From contig NC_000964.3 of the NCBI RefSeq assembly GCF_000009045.1, positions 4,050,001 through 4,082,000 of the forward strand: a stretch of 32,000 nt of DNA. The letters run 5' to 3'. Numbering within the stretch: position 1 is the stretch's first letter; every line of letters begins with the position of its first letter. Source of the stretch: Bacillus subtilis subsp. subtilis str. 168. Its GTDB lineage: Bacteria; Bacillota; Bacilli; Bacillales; Bacillaceae. The translations under genes were made by a program, and so were the position numbers. This document shows positions 1 to 10,817 of the stretch, in pieces. The notes under the pieces are model-generated. The model saw only the letters and a list, made by a program, of their open reading frames with translations, was not told the origin of the DNA and did no database searches.

Positions 1-310
1 CATCAAGAGCCGCAACAAGCGGAGCGAGAACGAGCGTTGTCGTGTCGCCGACGCCGCCGGTAGAGTGTTTATCCACTTTAATTCCTTCAATGGCAGAAAG
101 ATCAATCGTTTCACCGGAGTTCACCATAGCCATCGTCAAGTCCGCGCGTTCACGGTCACTCATATCCTGGAAGAAAATCGCCATAGCAAGCGCGCTTGCC
201 TGATAATCAGGAATGCTTCCATCTGTATAGCCGTTCACAAAAAATTGAATTTCTTCAGTGGTGAGTTCTTTTCCGTTTTGTTTTTTGATGATGATATCTA
301 CCATTCTCAT
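1..310 (-). CDS. pdp: Pyrimidine-nucleoside phosphorylase, N-terminal part only (continues past the left edge)
   Basis: Reverse-strand reading from the ATG at 310..308 gives [86 protein letters not shown], the conserved N-terminus of the thymidine/pyrimidine phosphorylase family including the KHSTGG phosphate-binding motif. Downstream of nupC, as in the B. subtilis dra-nupC-pdp operon. Confidence 0.95.
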   Translation of the reverse strand, partial: MRMVDIIIKKQNGKELTTEEIQFFVNGYTDGSIPDYQASALAMAIFFQDMSDRERADLTMAMVNSGETIDLSAIEGIKVDKHSTGGVGDTTTLVLAPLVAALD

Positions 311-339
311 GTTTGGTCACCGATCCTTTTCGATTAAGT

Positions 340-1521
340 TCAGTAAATCAAGCCCACAATTGCTGCTGATAAAAAGCTGACAAGCGTAGCACCGTATAAT
401 AATTTCAAGCCGAAACGAGCGACGACATTTCCTTGCTTTTCATTCAGTCCTTTTACGGCACCGGCAATGATTCCGATTGAGGAGAAGTTCGCAAATGACA
501 CAAGGAATACCGATACGATCGCTGTTGTACGGCCGCTGAAATGGAAACCGTTTTGCGTAAGCGACGTCATGGCGACAAATTCATTCGATACCATTTTTGT
601 TGCCATAATGCTTCCCGCATTAACAGCTTCATTCCATGGGATACCGACAAGAAAAGCGAATGGAGCAAACACATATCCAAGAATGCCTTGGAACGAAATA
701 CCGAATACTGCATTAAAAATGCCATTGATCAATGCAATAATCGCGACAAATCCAATCAGCATCGCAGCGACGACAACCGCTACTTTGAAACCGTCAAGAA
801 TGTATTCTCCGAGCACTTCGAAGAAGGATTGTTTTTCTTCTTCCTCAACACGAAGCATATCCTCTTCTTTTGCAACCTCGTACGGATTGATAATAGAAGC
901 GATAATGAAACCGCCAAATAAGTTCAAAACAAGCGCTGTTACAACATATTCCGGTTTCAGCATTGTCATATACGCACCGACAATCGACATTGATACAGTT
1001 GACATCGCAGATGCGCAAAGCGTGTACAAGCGCTGCTGATTTAAAAGACCGAGTTCTTTCTTCAAGGAGATAAATACTTCTGACTGCCCTAAAATCGCAG
1101 AAGCCACTGCGTTATACGATTCCAATCTTCCCATACCGTTTACCTTGCTGAGGGCAAGGCCGATATATCTAATGATAAACGGGAGGACTTTCCACTTTTG
1201 CAGAATCCCGATCAGAGCGGAAATAAACACGATTGGCAAGAGAACATTCATAAAGAATGTCGTTTGGTCCGCATTCACCAAGCCGCCAAACACAAAGTTA
1301 ATTCCCTCTGCCGCGTATTCAAGCAGGTAACCGAATCCTTTTGCAAATCCTCCCACGAGGAAATTCCCTATTCCGGTATTGAGGAGAATGTAGCCAAGAA
1401 TAAATTGCAAAATGAGCATAACAACAATTGGGCGGATCTTAATTCTTTTTTTGCCGCTGCTCGCGATCCACGCGAGGCCTAAAAACACGATTAAACCGAT
1501 AATCCCAATCAAATACTTCAT
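340..1521 (-). CDS. nupC: Pyrimidine nucleoside transporter, concentrative nucleoside transporter (CNT) family
   Basis: 393-aa hydrophobic ORF with CNT-type motifs ([27 protein letters not shown]-like helices, [10 protein letters not shown]). Located between dra and pdp. Confidence 0.95.
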   Translation of the reverse strand: MKYLIGIIGLIVFLGLAWIASSGKKRIKIRPIVVMLILQFILGYILLNTGIGNFLVGGFAKGFGYLLEYAAEGINFVFGGLVNADQTTFFMNVLLPIVFISALIGILQKWKVLPFIIRYIGLALSKVNGMGRLESYNAVASAILGQSEVFISLKKELGLLNQQRLYTLCASAMSTVSMSIVGAYMTMLKPEYVVTALVLNLFGGFIIASIINPYEVAKEEDMLRVEEEEKQSFFEVLGEYILDGFKVAVVVAAMLIGFVAIIALINGIFNAVFGISFQGILGYVFAPFAFLVGIPWNEAVNAGSIMATKMVSNEFVAMTSLTQNGFHFSGRTTAIVSVFLVSFANFSSIGIIAGAVKGLNEKQGNVVARFGLKLLYGATLVSFLSAAIVGLIY

Positions 1522-1601
1522 ATGTGTTTCTCCTTTATTTGTATTCGCTTACAATTACTGTTTCCTCAGAAAACGGAAAGCAGTCTGCCTTCCGTCAGCT
1601 C

Positions 1602-2273
1602 TTAATAGTTGTCTCCGCCTGATGCATTTTCTCCTTTTACGATAGAAACGCCTGCGCTGGCGCCAATTCGGCTTGCTCCGGCCTCTACCATTGTGTCTAC
1701 ATCTTCTTTCGTTCTGACGCCGCCAGATGCTTTCACGCCGATATCAGGCCCTACTGTTTTGCGCATTAAGGCGATATCTTCCTTCGTTGCGCCGCCTGTA
1801 GAAAAGCCTGTTGATGTTTTTACGAAATCCGCTCCCGCAGACACCGCTAAACGGCATGCACGTTCTTTTTCTTCATCAGTCAGAAGGCACGTTTCGATAA
1901 TGACTTTGACAAGCGCTTTTCCGGCTACAGCTTCCACTACACCGCGGATATCAGCTTCCACCACATCGTCTTCCTTGTCTTTTAAAGCGGCAATATTAAT
2001 GACCATATCCACTTCAGTGGCGCCTTTTGAAATGGCGTCTTTTGTTTCGAACGCTTTTGTTTCAGTTGTATTGGCACCGAGCGGGAAGCCGATGACCGTA
2101 CAAACGTCGACTCCAGTTCCCTTAAGCTCTTTTGCAGCAAGCTCCACCCATGTCGGATTGACACATACTGAAGCAAATTTGTATGTTTTCGCTTCTTCAA
2201 TTAGTTTTAGAATGTCCGCTTTTTGTGTATGCGGTTTCAAAGCTGTATGATCAATTATGTTGGCTAATGACAT
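1602..2273 (-). CDS. dra: Deoxyribose-phosphate aldolase
   Basis: 223 aa from [17 protein letters not shown]. Class I DERA motifs include [14 protein letters not shown] (Schiff-base Lys) and VKASGGVRT. The ORF track start at 2282 adds three residues; the internal ATG is preferred. Confidence 0.96.
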   Translation of the reverse strand: MSLANIIDHTALKPHTQKADILKLIEEAKTYKFASVCVNPTWVELAAKELKGTGVDVCTVIGFPLGANTTETKAFETKDAISKGATEVDMVINIAALKDKEDDVVEADIRGVVEAVAGKALVKVIIETCLLTDEEKERACRLAVSAGADFVKTSTGFSTGGATKEDIALMRKTVGPDIGVKASGGVRTKEDVDTMVEAGASRIGASAGVSIVKGENASGGDNY

Positions 2274-2321
2274 CCTTCGCACACTTCCTTTTTTGTTAAG
2301 ATATTTTTTAGCATAACCGAC

Positions 2322-2362
2322 TTTTGAACATATGTAAATTGGTAATTGAAATTTTGTTCAAT
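2322..2362 (-). promoter_or_regulatory. DeoR operator/promoter region upstream of dra: palindrome ATTGAACAAAATTTCAAT (2345..2362) plus a downstream half-site GTTCAA (2324..2329 region)
   Basis: Seen in sequence: the top strand reads ATTGAAATTTTGTTCAAT at 2345-2362. This matches, from memory, the described B. subtilis DeoR palindrome with a direct repeat of one half between -35 and -10. Confidence 0.8.
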
Positions 2363-2378
2363 GAAAGGTTTGAACGTG

Positions 2379-3320
2379 TCACAAATCATTAACAAGCGCC
2401 CTCGCGGTATGCTGGTCAATGATTAAAACGTTGGCATATTTTCCGGTTAATGCTCCGTGAATGGAAGATACTTTTCTGCTTCCGCCGGCAACTAAAATGG
2501 AGCGTTCCTTCAGTCTAAGGTCTTGAAGCTCAACACCGATGGTCCGGTCATTGATGGCGCTGCTGCAAATATTCCCTTTCGCATCAAAAAAGCGTGAACA
2601 AATATCCCCGACGGCCTGTTTTTTCAGCAGGGCTTTCTCTTCTTCGTTAAAATATCCGAGCCGAAACAACAGCGCTTCATCACGGACAGTCCCGACCGTA
2701 AAGAGAGCGATATTCGCCTGCTTGCCCATCTCAATGATCCGTTCAATATGACGGTCTTTCTCCACCATTCGCTTCACATCCGCATTATCAAACACGACGG
2801 GAAGCGGGAGATAGCGCGGCATCGTTTGAAAAGCCTCTGCAAACAGCTGAATCGTTTCAGCCGAATACGTGTTTACCCGGGAATGGCTGATGCCGCCTTT
2901 CAGCTGGACGACCTCGACGCCTTTTACCTGCTTCGGCTGCATGTTTTGCGCGATTTGATACATGGTGGTTCCCCAGCTGACGCCGACAATGTCGCCGTCT
3001 TTTACCGTTTCATGCATATATTCTGCACCATAGCGGCTTAGGTCATGTGTAATTCCTGCATAATCGGGTGTCGGGGAAAACACAACATGCGCCTCAAGGA
3101 GCCCGTATTTCTCTTCAAGTATGGAACCGAGCGCATCCAAATCCTCAAAAGGGTCCATGACGCGAATCTGGACATACCCTTTTTCCTTTGCATATTGCAG
3201 CAGCCGGGAAACGGTTGGCCTTGAAATGTTGAGCTGCTCAGCAATTTGCTGCTGACTGTAGTCAGACTGATAGTAAAGCCTTGCCGCTTCTATGCTTAAT
3301 TGCTGTTTTTCCCGATCCAT
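2379..3320 (-). CDS. deoR: Deoxyribonucleoside regulator, SorC family transcriptional repressor
   Basis: 313 aa. N-terminal HTH (YYQSDYSQQQIAEQLNISRPTVSRLLQYAKEKGYVQIRV) and a C-terminal sugar-phosphate sensor domain. Adjacent to dra. Confidence 0.95.
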   Translation of the reverse strand: MDREKQQLSIEAARLYYQSDYSQQQIAEQLNISRPTVSRLLQYAKEKGYVQIRVMDPFEDLDALGSILEEKYGLLEAHVVFSPTPDYAGITHDLSRYGAEYMHETVKDGDIVGVSWGTTMYQIAQNMQPKQVKGVEVVQLKGGISHSRVNTYSAETIQLFAEAFQTMPRYLPLPVVFDNADVKRMVEKDRHIERIIEMGKQANIALFTVGTVRDEALLFRLGYFNEEEKALLKKQAVGDICSRFFDAKGNICSSAINDRTIGVELQDLRLKERSILVAGGSRKVSSIHGALTGKYANVLIIDQHTARALVNDL

Positions 3321-3427
3321 TCTGCACCTCCCTGTGGATCAGTCCTGATAAAACTGCTTTTGATTTGCTTTTATTATACAGGCTGGCGCCGGCTTTCATC
3401 CACCTGATTTCTAAGAAACTGAAAAAC

Positions 3428-3453
3428 GCTCTGGGCGCGGACCTGCCCAGAGC
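3428..3453 (-). terminator. Intrinsic terminator after yxxB
   Basis: Arms GCTCTGGGC / GCCCAGAGC form a perfect 9-bp stem at 3428-3436 and 3445-3453. It directly follows the yxxB stop codon and is followed on the minus strand by GTTTTTC. Confidence 0.85.
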
Positions 3454-4281
3454 TTACTTCTCCCAAGTCATATGCTGATAAATGCCTTTCATAATGGCGT
3501 ACATTCCATATAGGATCAGGCCTAATGCCAATATAGACAGAATCAATTTGCCATGCGGCTGCTGCGCGAGTTCTGCGAGCGCGCCGTCAAAGCCTCTTGT
3601 GTCGTCGGGATCAGCGGTCATGGCTGTCTTGATGAGAAAATAGCCGATAGCCGAGAAAATAATGGCCCGGGCGATATTGCCTGCGCGTCCTGTGTTTTTC
3701 GTGATGCATATCATCTGTTTGTTCATTTTTGATGTATCGAATTCTTTCATAAAAGCAGCCCGAACGCCTTTCATAAATTGAACAATCGCAAATACGATAA
3801 AACCCGCACCCGTAAGCCCTGTGAGCCATTGGCCGAACGGCTGCGCCAATACATAAGCGGACCACGTCTGTTCTGAAGTGCCGCCGTCCCCTTGGCCAAA
3901 CACAAATCGCAAGGCATTCCAAGCGATGGATGTGTAAACAGCGGCACTGAAAAAGTTTCCTATTCTCCGCGACAGGCCTCGCCTGCTGTTTCCGTGCCCC
4001 TCCGTGTCCTTGATCGCGCTTAACACCATCCAGATCACATAGCCGATAAGGCCGATGCCTATAAAAAAAAGCAATAGTGACCCATACGGCATGCGTGATA
4101 GCGTTTGGAGAGCTCCGCTCGAATCTTTGGCGCGGCCTGCCCCGGCAGCCGTCATAAAAGCCAAAACCCCAAGCAGAATAAAAACGCCGCCGAATGCAAA
4201 ATAACCAAGCCTCCCGAATCGTTTGATCCAAGGCTTGGTTTCCTGTTTTATTTTTGACATGTACCGGTCTTTCACCGCCAT
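3454..4281 (-). CDS. yxxB: DUF1206-type integral membrane protein
   Basis: 275-aa ORF with repeated paired hydrophobic segments (IKRFGRLGYFAFGGVFILLGVLAFMTA, SRRIGNFFSAAVYTSIAWNALRFV, TGRAGNIARAIIFSAIGYFLIKTAM). Position between deoR and yxeR. Confidence 0.85.
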   Translation of the reverse strand: MAVKDRYMSKIKQETKPWIKRFGRLGYFAFGGVFILLGVLAFMTAAGAGRAKDSSGALQTLSRMPYGSLLLFFIGIGLIGYVIWMVLSAIKDTEGHGNSRRGLSRRIGNFFSAAVYTSIAWNALRFVFGQGDGGTSEQTWSAYVLAQPFGQWLTGLTGAGFIVFAIVQFMKGVRAAFMKEFDTSKMNKQMICITKNTGRAGNIARAIIFSAIGYFLIKTAMTADPDDTRGFDGALAELAQQPHGKLILSILALGLILYGMYAIMKGIYQHMTWEK

Positions 4282-4353
4282 GTGTCCAACCCTCTTTCAC
4301 AGAAATCTTTACTGTAACATTCCCGATTGAACAAAGTTGAAACAGCTCCTGCC

Positions 4354-5466
4354 TCAGCTATGGCTGGCTGAGATACGTTTTTGCTGTTTAGCTGATTGTG
4401 CAGGTGTCATCCAAGCAGCCGCTGCGGCAGCTGTGACTCCGCCTGCTAATTTCCCAATGATCATGGCCGCCGCCATTTCTTTTTTCATTCCAGCTACAAA
4501 ACCGAGATGGCTGCCGAGTACAAAGGCGCCGCTGACCGCAAACGCGACATTGATGACCTTTCCTCTCGGCGTCATATCCTTTAATGAAGCCAGCATTGGG
4601 ATATGATGCGCCAAAGAGGTCACTAAGCCTGCTGTTGCTGTCTCATCTAAATGAAGGCATTTCCCCAGAGCCTGAAGCGGTTTTTTAAAGGTTTTTGTAA
4701 TAAATGCCGTCATCGGGAACGCCCCTGCCAGAGCAATGGCGATGGTCCCTGTCGTTTGTATCCCTGTCTCGACATTCTCCATTCCCGGAATCAGCACAAT
4801 GCCGGTCATCGTTTCAACAGAAACAGCTGCAAGCCCGATAATCGCAACCATACTGACCGCTTTCCCGAAGAGATGAAACAACTGAATCATTCTGTCGGTG
4901 TATCGCCATAACCCAAAAGCGATGACAGCAGATAACAGACTCGGGATCAGAAGATTTTTACCTATCATGCCGATGTCAAAGCCTGCGCATAATCCGCCGA
5001 TTAAGCAACCGATCGGCACTGTGCACAGCCCGATTAATATGCCTTTCGCAAAATACGGATGATCCTCTTTTTCGATGATGCCAAGAGCGACGGGAATCGT
5101 GAAGACGATTGCCGGCCCCATCATTGTTCCTAAAAACACCCATGAAAACAGCCCGGCCTGCGGATCTTTCGCCATTTCTCCAGCCAGCGCATATCCTCCC
5201 ATATCAATCGCCAAAATGGTGTTCGCAAAGGAAGAAGGATCCGCGCCAATCGCTGTGTAAAACGGAGCAACAATGGGAATCAAGATTGCTGCCAGCACGG
5301 GCGCCAGCGATACAATTCCGATCATGGACAGCGCCAGCGGCCCCATAGCCTTAAAGCCGTCCGCAAACCGCTCGCCTAGCCCCCATCTGTTTCCCAAACA
5401 ATAATCCGCTGCTCCCCATAGTAAAAAGGCAGCCAAAATGAATACAACCGCGTCATTCACCGTCAT
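4354..5466 (-). CDS. yxeR: EutH-like (ethanolamine transport family) membrane protein
   Basis: 370 aa from MTVNDAVVFILAAFLLWGAADYCLGNRWGLGERFADGFKAMGPLALSMIGI, behind an AAAGGAG RBS. EutH-like motifs include GFVAGMKKEMAAAMIIGKLAGG. The ORF track start at 5520 adds 18 residues. Confidence 0.88.
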   Translation of the reverse strand: MTVNDAVVFILAAFLLWGAADYCLGNRWGLGERFADGFKAMGPLALSMIGIVSLAPVLAAILIPIVAPFYTAIGADPSSFANTILAIDMGGYALAGEMAKDPQAGLFSWVFLGTMMGPAIVFTIPVALGIIEKEDHPYFAKGILIGLCTVPIGCLIGGLCAGFDIGMIGKNLLIPSLLSAVIAFGLWRYTDRMIQLFHLFGKAVSMVAIIGLAAVSVETMTGIVLIPGMENVETGIQTTGTIAIALAGAFPMTAFITKTFKKPLQALGKCLHLDETATAGLVTSLAHHIPMLASLKDMTPRGKVINVAFAVSGAFVLGSHLGFVAGMKKEMAAAMIIGKLAGGVTAAAAAAWMTPAQSAKQQKRISASHS

Positions 5467-5535
5467 GGTTTTCTCCTTTTTCAAACGTATGATTGGTTTT
5501 ATCATATCATCTGAAATCACCGAATAGAGTTGATC

Positions 5536-6873
5536 TTATTCAATATGAGCTAAAAATTCTTTTATATCGGCTTTTTCAACGGCTGTTATAATGCGTCGCG
5601 CTTTTTCTTGCGGGACCGTTAATGTCAATTTTTCTATTATGTCTTCTTCAGACAGCTCATTTCCTGGTGCCCCTTTTGGGCAGTCCACACGCGCTTCGCA
5701 AATCCGGCCGTCTGATAAATAGGCCCGGACAATCGTGAAACGGCCTTTTGGAACGGCATGAGGAGCCGGCTGAATAGCATTGTCATATACGCGCTGAATT
5801 CGCCCCATTGTCGTTTGAACCCCGTTTGGGATCGGCTGGCTGCTGAAATGTTCAACGGTCAGGCCGTGTCCATGCAAAGCAAGAGCAATCACATATTCAA
5901 CGCTGAAACGGCCTTCCTCTCCAGCTTTTGGAGATCTTTCCGTCAATGCAGCATCTCCGCCTGGCGGAAATATCACTTCAATACGTTCGGTATTGGCAGC
6001 AGAAATGGTTTCTTCGGAGATAAGCTGTCGTACCGCATCTGCAGCATGGTGTGCCGCGGAACAAAATGGATAGATTTTAAACCATAGACCCGGCTGCACA
6101 ATTCTCCACGGTGCCCCCCAATCGTTTAGCAAAGTGTGTTGTGCTTTCTCAACGTCACCGTACAGACTGAAGAAACCAGTTTCTCCATCAAGTGCCGTGC
6201 GGGACCCGCCAAATTCTGATTGGGCCAGCTTAACGGCCAGCAAGCCAGCCTGAGCCGCCAAACCGGCGTGCAGCGGTTTCATTTCTGTTCCAAATTGCAC
6301 CCTCATCCCAGCAGATTGCGTAGCCGCAAAACCAATTGCTTTTTCCAACTCTTCCTGAGTCAGCTCCTCAGCATAACCTACGGCGCAGGCAGCAGCGATG
6401 GCACCAAGCGTACCTGTATTATGCCAGCCCTTCTCATAGTGGCGGCTGCCAATTGATTCTCCCAGCCGTGCCATCACTTCAACACCAACAACATAAGCGC
6501 CAAGAAGCCGCTCGTCATGTCCGCGAGCGGCAGAAGCAATAAGGGCCGGTACGATGACTGCACTGGGGTGTCCTCTTACATCGGAGTGGACATCATCAAA
6601 ATCCAATGCATGGGCGATAAATCCATTGAGCATCGCGGATTGTAATGGCGCGGCCTTTTTGCCCTGTCCGATAACAGGAACAAGGGGCCGGCCTCCTTCA
6701 TCCTCTATCAGACGGAGGAGCTTTTGAATTCCTTTATCTTCTCTTCCTGCGAATGAAGCGGCAGTAAAATCAAGTAATCCCTTTTTTGCTTCGTGAATCG
6801 CGTCAACTGAATGCTCAGGTTGTGACGTTCTCACAGCCTCTGCAAGACCTGCTGTCAGCCCTTGTTTGCTCAT
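5536..6873 (-). CDS. yxeQ: MmgE/PrpD family protein of the S-(2-succino)cysteine/yxeK operon
   Basis: 445 aa. MmgE/PrpD signatures include [30 protein letters not shown] and [20 protein letters not shown]. Overlaps the yxeP reading frame by 4 nt. Confidence 0.92.
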
Positions 6874-8012
6874 TTGATGGTCTCCAATACAATAACCGCC
6901 AGCTCCGCAAAGTATTGAGAGGCAACCGTAAGGGCTTCTTCATCCAGTGTAAAGGCCGGATGATGCCACTCCTCCGTCCCGTTCGTTCCCATCCAGACAA
7001 AAAATCCCGGAATCTTCTCTTGATACAGAGCGAAGTCTTCTCCGCCCGGAGACTGCTCAGCGTGAACGGTTTGATAGCCAAGCCGTGCCGCAGCTTCGGA
7101 TGCCGCATTCAAAAATGTGCCGTCATTCTGAACGGAAGGCAAATAAGGAAACCACTTGAATTCTGCTTGTGCCCCATAGCCCGCTGCAATTCCTTCAGCC
7201 ACTCGTCTCATATGCTCGGGAACAGCCTGCCTCGCTTCTTTTTGAAAGGTTCGAACCGTCCCCTCCATTTCAGCTTGGTCTGGAATTACGTTCCACGAGG
7301 TGCCCGCCTGTACTCTTGTGATACTGACGACTGCGTTTTGCAGTGAGCTGATATTGCGGCTGACCACAGATTGCAGCCCGCTGATGATTTGTCCGGCTGC
7401 AGCGATTGGATCAATACTGTTATTTGGGATGCCGGCGTGCCCGCCTTTCCCTTTGATGACGATCTCAAATCGGTCAACACTTGCCATGAGCGGACCTTCC
7501 TTTACACCAATGGTCCCGACAGGCAGATCCGGCTTATTGTGCATGCCGAAAATCGCAGAAACGCCATTAAGTACGCCAGCTTCTAGAACCTTTCTTGCTC
7601 CTGCGGCAATTTCTTCGGCCGGCTGAAAGATAAAGCGGACTGTACCTTTCAGCTCGGCCCTTCTTTGATTCAGCAACATCGCTGTGCCAATAATAGAAGC
7701 AGTATGAAAATCGTGTCCGCACGCATGCATTGTGCCATCAACCTTAGATGCAAATGGAAGATTCGTCTGTTCTTGGATCGGGAGCGCGTCAATGTCCGCT
7801 CGTATTGCTATCACGGGGCCGTCTTCCCGTCCTTTGATTTCTGCAATCACACCAGTCTTCAATTGAGGGACATCAAGTATTTCGATTTGCTCCTCCTCAA
7901 GCCAACGGCGGATTTTTTTCGTCGTTTCAACCTCTTGAAATGACAGTTCAGGATGTTCATGAAGATCACGCCGCATATTGATTAAACGGGTATGAAACGC
8001 TTTGTCGGCCAT
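6870..8012 (-). CDS. yxeP: M20-family amidohydrolase / N-acetylcysteine deacetylase
   Basis: 380 aa from [31 protein letters not shown]. Metal-binding motifs [11 protein letters not shown] and [13 protein letters not shown] track start 8099 is upstream of the preferred ATG. Confidence 0.93.
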
Positions 8013-8028
8013 TGTTCTTCTCCCCTTC

Positions 8029-8778
8029 TTATATAAGCTCTGCAGGCTCTCCCACCTGCTTGATAAATCGTTTCGTCCGTTCGTTTTTCGGATGGTCAAA
8101 CAGTTCCTCTGGCGTTCCCTGCTCGATAATATGGCCGTCTGCCATAAAAATCACTTGATCAGCAACCTCTTTTGCAAACGCCATTTCGTGTGTAACAATG
8201 ATCATCGTTGTTTGTTTTTCCGCAATGGACTTGATGACCTGAAGCACCCCTGTGACGAGCTCAGGGTCAAGCGCTGACGTTGGTTCATCCAGCAAAATCG
8301 CATGCGGATTGACCGCAAGCGCCCGCGCAATGCCGATTCGCTGCTGCTGGCCGCCGGACATTGTGATTGGATAGCTGTCAGCCTTATGCTCCAGACCGAC
8401 TTGTTTCAGAATCTCCATTCCAATACGTTTCGCTTCGTCGCGTGGTTTATGTTGAGCCACGATTAAAGCTTCTGTAATGTTTTGCAGAGCCGTTTTATTT
8501 TTAAACAGATTGTAGTTTTGAAAGACCATGGCCGTTTGCTGGCGAAGCCGATGTGCTTCCTTGCGTGTAAACTTTTCCGCATTCAGTTTGGCTTCTCCGA
8601 TTTCAATAAGGCCTTGATCCGGACGCTCTAATAGATTTAAGCACCGGAGAAGCGTTGATTTTCCGGAACCGGACGGACCGATGATTGCCACCACTTCTCC
8701 GCGTTTCACTTCTAGATCGATTCCGTCGAGCACGACGAGATCTTTAAACGCTTTGCGAATATTTTTTACTGTTATCAA
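8029..8778 (-). CDS. yxeO: Polar amino-acid-type ABC transporter ATP-binding protein
   Basis: 249 aa. Walker [10 protein letters not shown], signature [15 protein letters not shown], Walker [14 protein letters not shown]. Confidence 0.95.
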   Translation of the reverse strand: MITVKNIRKAFKDLVVLDGIDLEVKRGEVVAIIGPSGSGKSTLLRCLNLLERPDQGLIEIGEAKLNAEKFTRKEAHRLRQQTAMVFQNYNLFKNKTALQNITEALIVAQHKPRDEAKRIGMEILKQVGLEHKADSYPITMSGGQQQRIGIARALAVNPHAILLDEPTSALDPELVTGVLQVIKSIAEKQTTMIIVTHEMAFAKEVADQVIFMADGHIIEQGTPEELFDHPKNERTKRFIKQVGEPAELI

Positions 8779-8790
8779 CTGATTTCACCT

Positions 8791-9465
8791 CTAAGTCCGG
8801 TATGGCTTGCTCATGGCACGTTCAAACAAGTCCTGCAAAATGCTGTAGATAATGGTAAGAACCCAATAGACGATCGCAACCGCCAAATACGTCTCAAAAT
8901 ATTTGAGGTTTCCTGAAGCGTACATCTTCCCTTGGGCGAACATCTCCATGACCCCTAATGTAAAGGCCAGTGACGTTTCTTTCAGGAGCCCGATAAATGT
9001 ATTGCCCGTTGCCGGAATCGCATTTCGGATCGCTTGCGGCAAAATAATCCGTCTGTATGCCTGAAATTTTGTCATACCGACAGACAGGCACGCCTCCAGC
9101 TGCCCGTCATCAACAGAATTGAGGGCGGCCCGGAAGATTTCTGCCAAATAAGCTGCGTTTTTTAAGCTTAACCCGATGATGGCAGCTGTGAGAGCTGTCA
9201 TTTTGCTCATCTCTGGAAATAGCTGCGGCAGCCCGTAATAGATTAAGAACAGCTGTACAAGTGTCGGCACGCCTCGGAAAAAGGATATATACAGCTTTGA
9301 CAGCTGATGAAGCACTGGAATTTTGTTTTTTGTAATGAGTGCGAGAATAAGTCCTCCGATAATGGCAAAAATCATAGCTGCTATTGCCATAAACAAGGTG
9401 ATCGGAAGGGCCTGAATTAAAGTCGGGAACGCTGATATCATGAATTCCCAATCAATCGTGTTCAT
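8791..9465 (-). CDS. yxeN: Polar amino-acid ABC transporter permease
   Basis: 224 aa with His/Glu/Gln family permease motifs (FRGVPTLVQLFLIYYGLPQ, AAYLAEIFRAALNSVDDGQLEACLSVGMT). Between yxeM and yxeO. Confidence 0.95.
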   Translation of the reverse strand: MNTIDWEFMISAFPTLIQALPITLFMAIAAMIFAIIGGLILALITKNKIPVLHQLSKLYISFFRGVPTLVQLFLIYYGLPQLFPEMSKMTALTAAIIGLSLKNAAYLAEIFRAALNSVDDGQLEACLSVGMTKFQAYRRIILPQAIRNAIPATGNTFIGLLKETSLAFTLGVMEMFAQGKMYASGNLKYFETYLAVAIVYWVLTIIYSILQDLFERAMSKPYRT

Positions 9466-9487
9466 TCTGGTGAGTCACCGCCGTTTC

Positions 9488-10282
9488 TTAATGCTTCTGT
9501 TCTACTGTGATATCTTCATTAAAGTATTTTTCAGAGAGTTTTTTCAGTGTTCCGTCTTTACGCAATTCATCTAGGGCCTTATTGACTTTTTTGCGGAGCT
9601 TGTCGTGCGCATCGTCCTTGGCAAATGGGAATGCAACCTGTTCGTAAACAATCGGATCTCCTGCAAGCTTTAATGGCAAACCGGTCTTCTTGATTTGCGC
9701 GATCAATACAGTTCGGCTGTTGACATAAGCGTCTACACGGCCGTACGCAACATCCTTCAGCGTACCCTCTTGTGTTTCGTACGTTTTGATATTGATTTTT
9801 TTATCAGGATCTTTGCTTTCAAGGTTTTTCGCGTGGTTTGAACCGAGAACGGCTGCGACTGTCTTGCCTTTTAAATCGTCTACTGATTTGATGTCTGTAT
9901 TGTCTTTTTTGACGACAATCTGTGTTCCCGCATAAGCGTATGGTTTCGTAAAGTTATACGTTTCCTTACGTTCGTCTGTCACAGCTACCTGGTTGGAAAT
10001 GGTGTCAAGCTTGCCTGTTTGAAGCTCTCCCATCAGCCCGCTGAATTCAAGCAGCTTCCAGTCCAGTTTCATGTCAATTTTCTTAGCGACTGCTTCCATC
10101 ACTTCCACGTCAAAGCCTGTCAGCTTTCCGTTTTCTTTATAAGCAAATGGGTAACTTTGTCCTGTCGCACCGACATGAAGCACATTGTCATCCTCTTTAC
10201 TGCTGCTGTTTCCATTGCCGCAAGCTGAGAGCACCGCTAATAATGCAGCAACGACCAGCACTGTCCATTTTTTCATCTTCAT
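9488..10282 (-). CDS. yxeM: Amino-acid ABC transporter substrate-binding lipoprotein
   Basis: 264 aa. Lipobox MKMKKWTVLVVAALLAVLSACG, then periplasmic-binding-protein type 3 features (LHVGATGQSYPFAYKENGKLTGFDVEVMEAVAKK). Confidence 0.95.
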   Translation of the reverse strand: MKMKKWTVLVVAALLAVLSACGNGNSSSKEDDNVLHVGATGQSYPFAYKENGKLTGFDVEVMEAVAKKIDMKLDWKLLEFSGLMGELQTGKLDTISNQVAVTDERKETYNFTKPYAYAGTQIVVKKDNTDIKSVDDLKGKTVAAVLGSNHAKNLESKDPDKKINIKTYETQEGTLKDVAYGRVDAYVNSRTVLIAQIKKTGLPLKLAGDPIVYEQVAFPFAKDDAHDKLRKKVNKALDELRKDGTLKKLSEKYFNEDITVEQKH

Positions 10283-10306
10283 TTGATTTTCCCGCCTTTT
10301 CTATTT

Positions 10307-10804
10307 TTATAGATCATGTCGCAATTGTTTTTTCATATAGACTGTGATATGCCCTTTTCCAAGGTCTTGTTCACCTGAGCGGACATATCCTTTTCGTTCG
10401 TACATCTCAATCAGCCACGGATGCTTATCCGCTGTTCCGAGTGAGACAAACGGAACCTTTAACGTATCGCGAAGGATTGTTTCCTCCAGCCATTGAAGCA
10501 GCTTTGTTCCGATTCCTTTTTTACCGGTGTCGGGGTCCACAGCAAACCACCAGATATGCGGAACGCCATACGGTCCCGGCTGTTTTCCCCAAGGCATTCT
10601 CAAGGTGATGGTCGCGATGATCCGCCCGTCTTCTTCCATGACGTAGCAAGCATTTTCCCGAATATTTTTCAGCACCAAATCCAAATCCGCATGAGCAGCA
10701 GCAAAACGAATGCCGAGCTTTCGAATCGGTTCATAAGCCCGCAATGTCAGCTCGAGAAGCTGTTCGGCATCACGTTCAACTGCAAGGCGGTATCGTGGCT
10801 TCAT
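10307..10804 (-). CDS. yxeL: GNAT-family N-acetyltransferase (YxeL/SnaB type)
   Basis: 165 aa with a GNAT acetyl-CoA region (WFAVDPDTGKKGIGTKLLQWLEE, MYERKGYVRSG). In the yxeK operon. Confidence 0.9.
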   Translation of the reverse strand: MKPRYRLAVERDAEQLLELTLRAYEPIRKLGIRFAAAHADLDLVLKNIRENACYVMEEDGRIIATITLRMPWGKQPGPYGVPHIWWFAVDPDTGKKGIGTKLLQWLEETILRDTLKVPFVSLGTADKHPWLIEMYERKGYVRSGEQDLGKGHITVYMKKQLRHDL

Positions 10805-10817
10805 CTAGCGTTCCTCC

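Noticed and set aside
1609-2250. 213-aa plus-strand ORF opposite dra
   Set aside because: Low-complexity Ser/Pro/Ala-rich translation of the antisense strand of a well-supported aldolase gene; no RBS or promoter seen.
3611-4300. 229-aa frame-shifted ORF over yxxB
   Set aside because: Arg/His-rich out-of-frame translation; YxxB in the other frame has coherent membrane helices and a terminator right after its stop.
6786-7346. 186-aa and other antisense ORFs across yxeP/yxeQ
   Set aside because: Compositionally typical antisense shadows of M20 and MmgE/PrpD genes.
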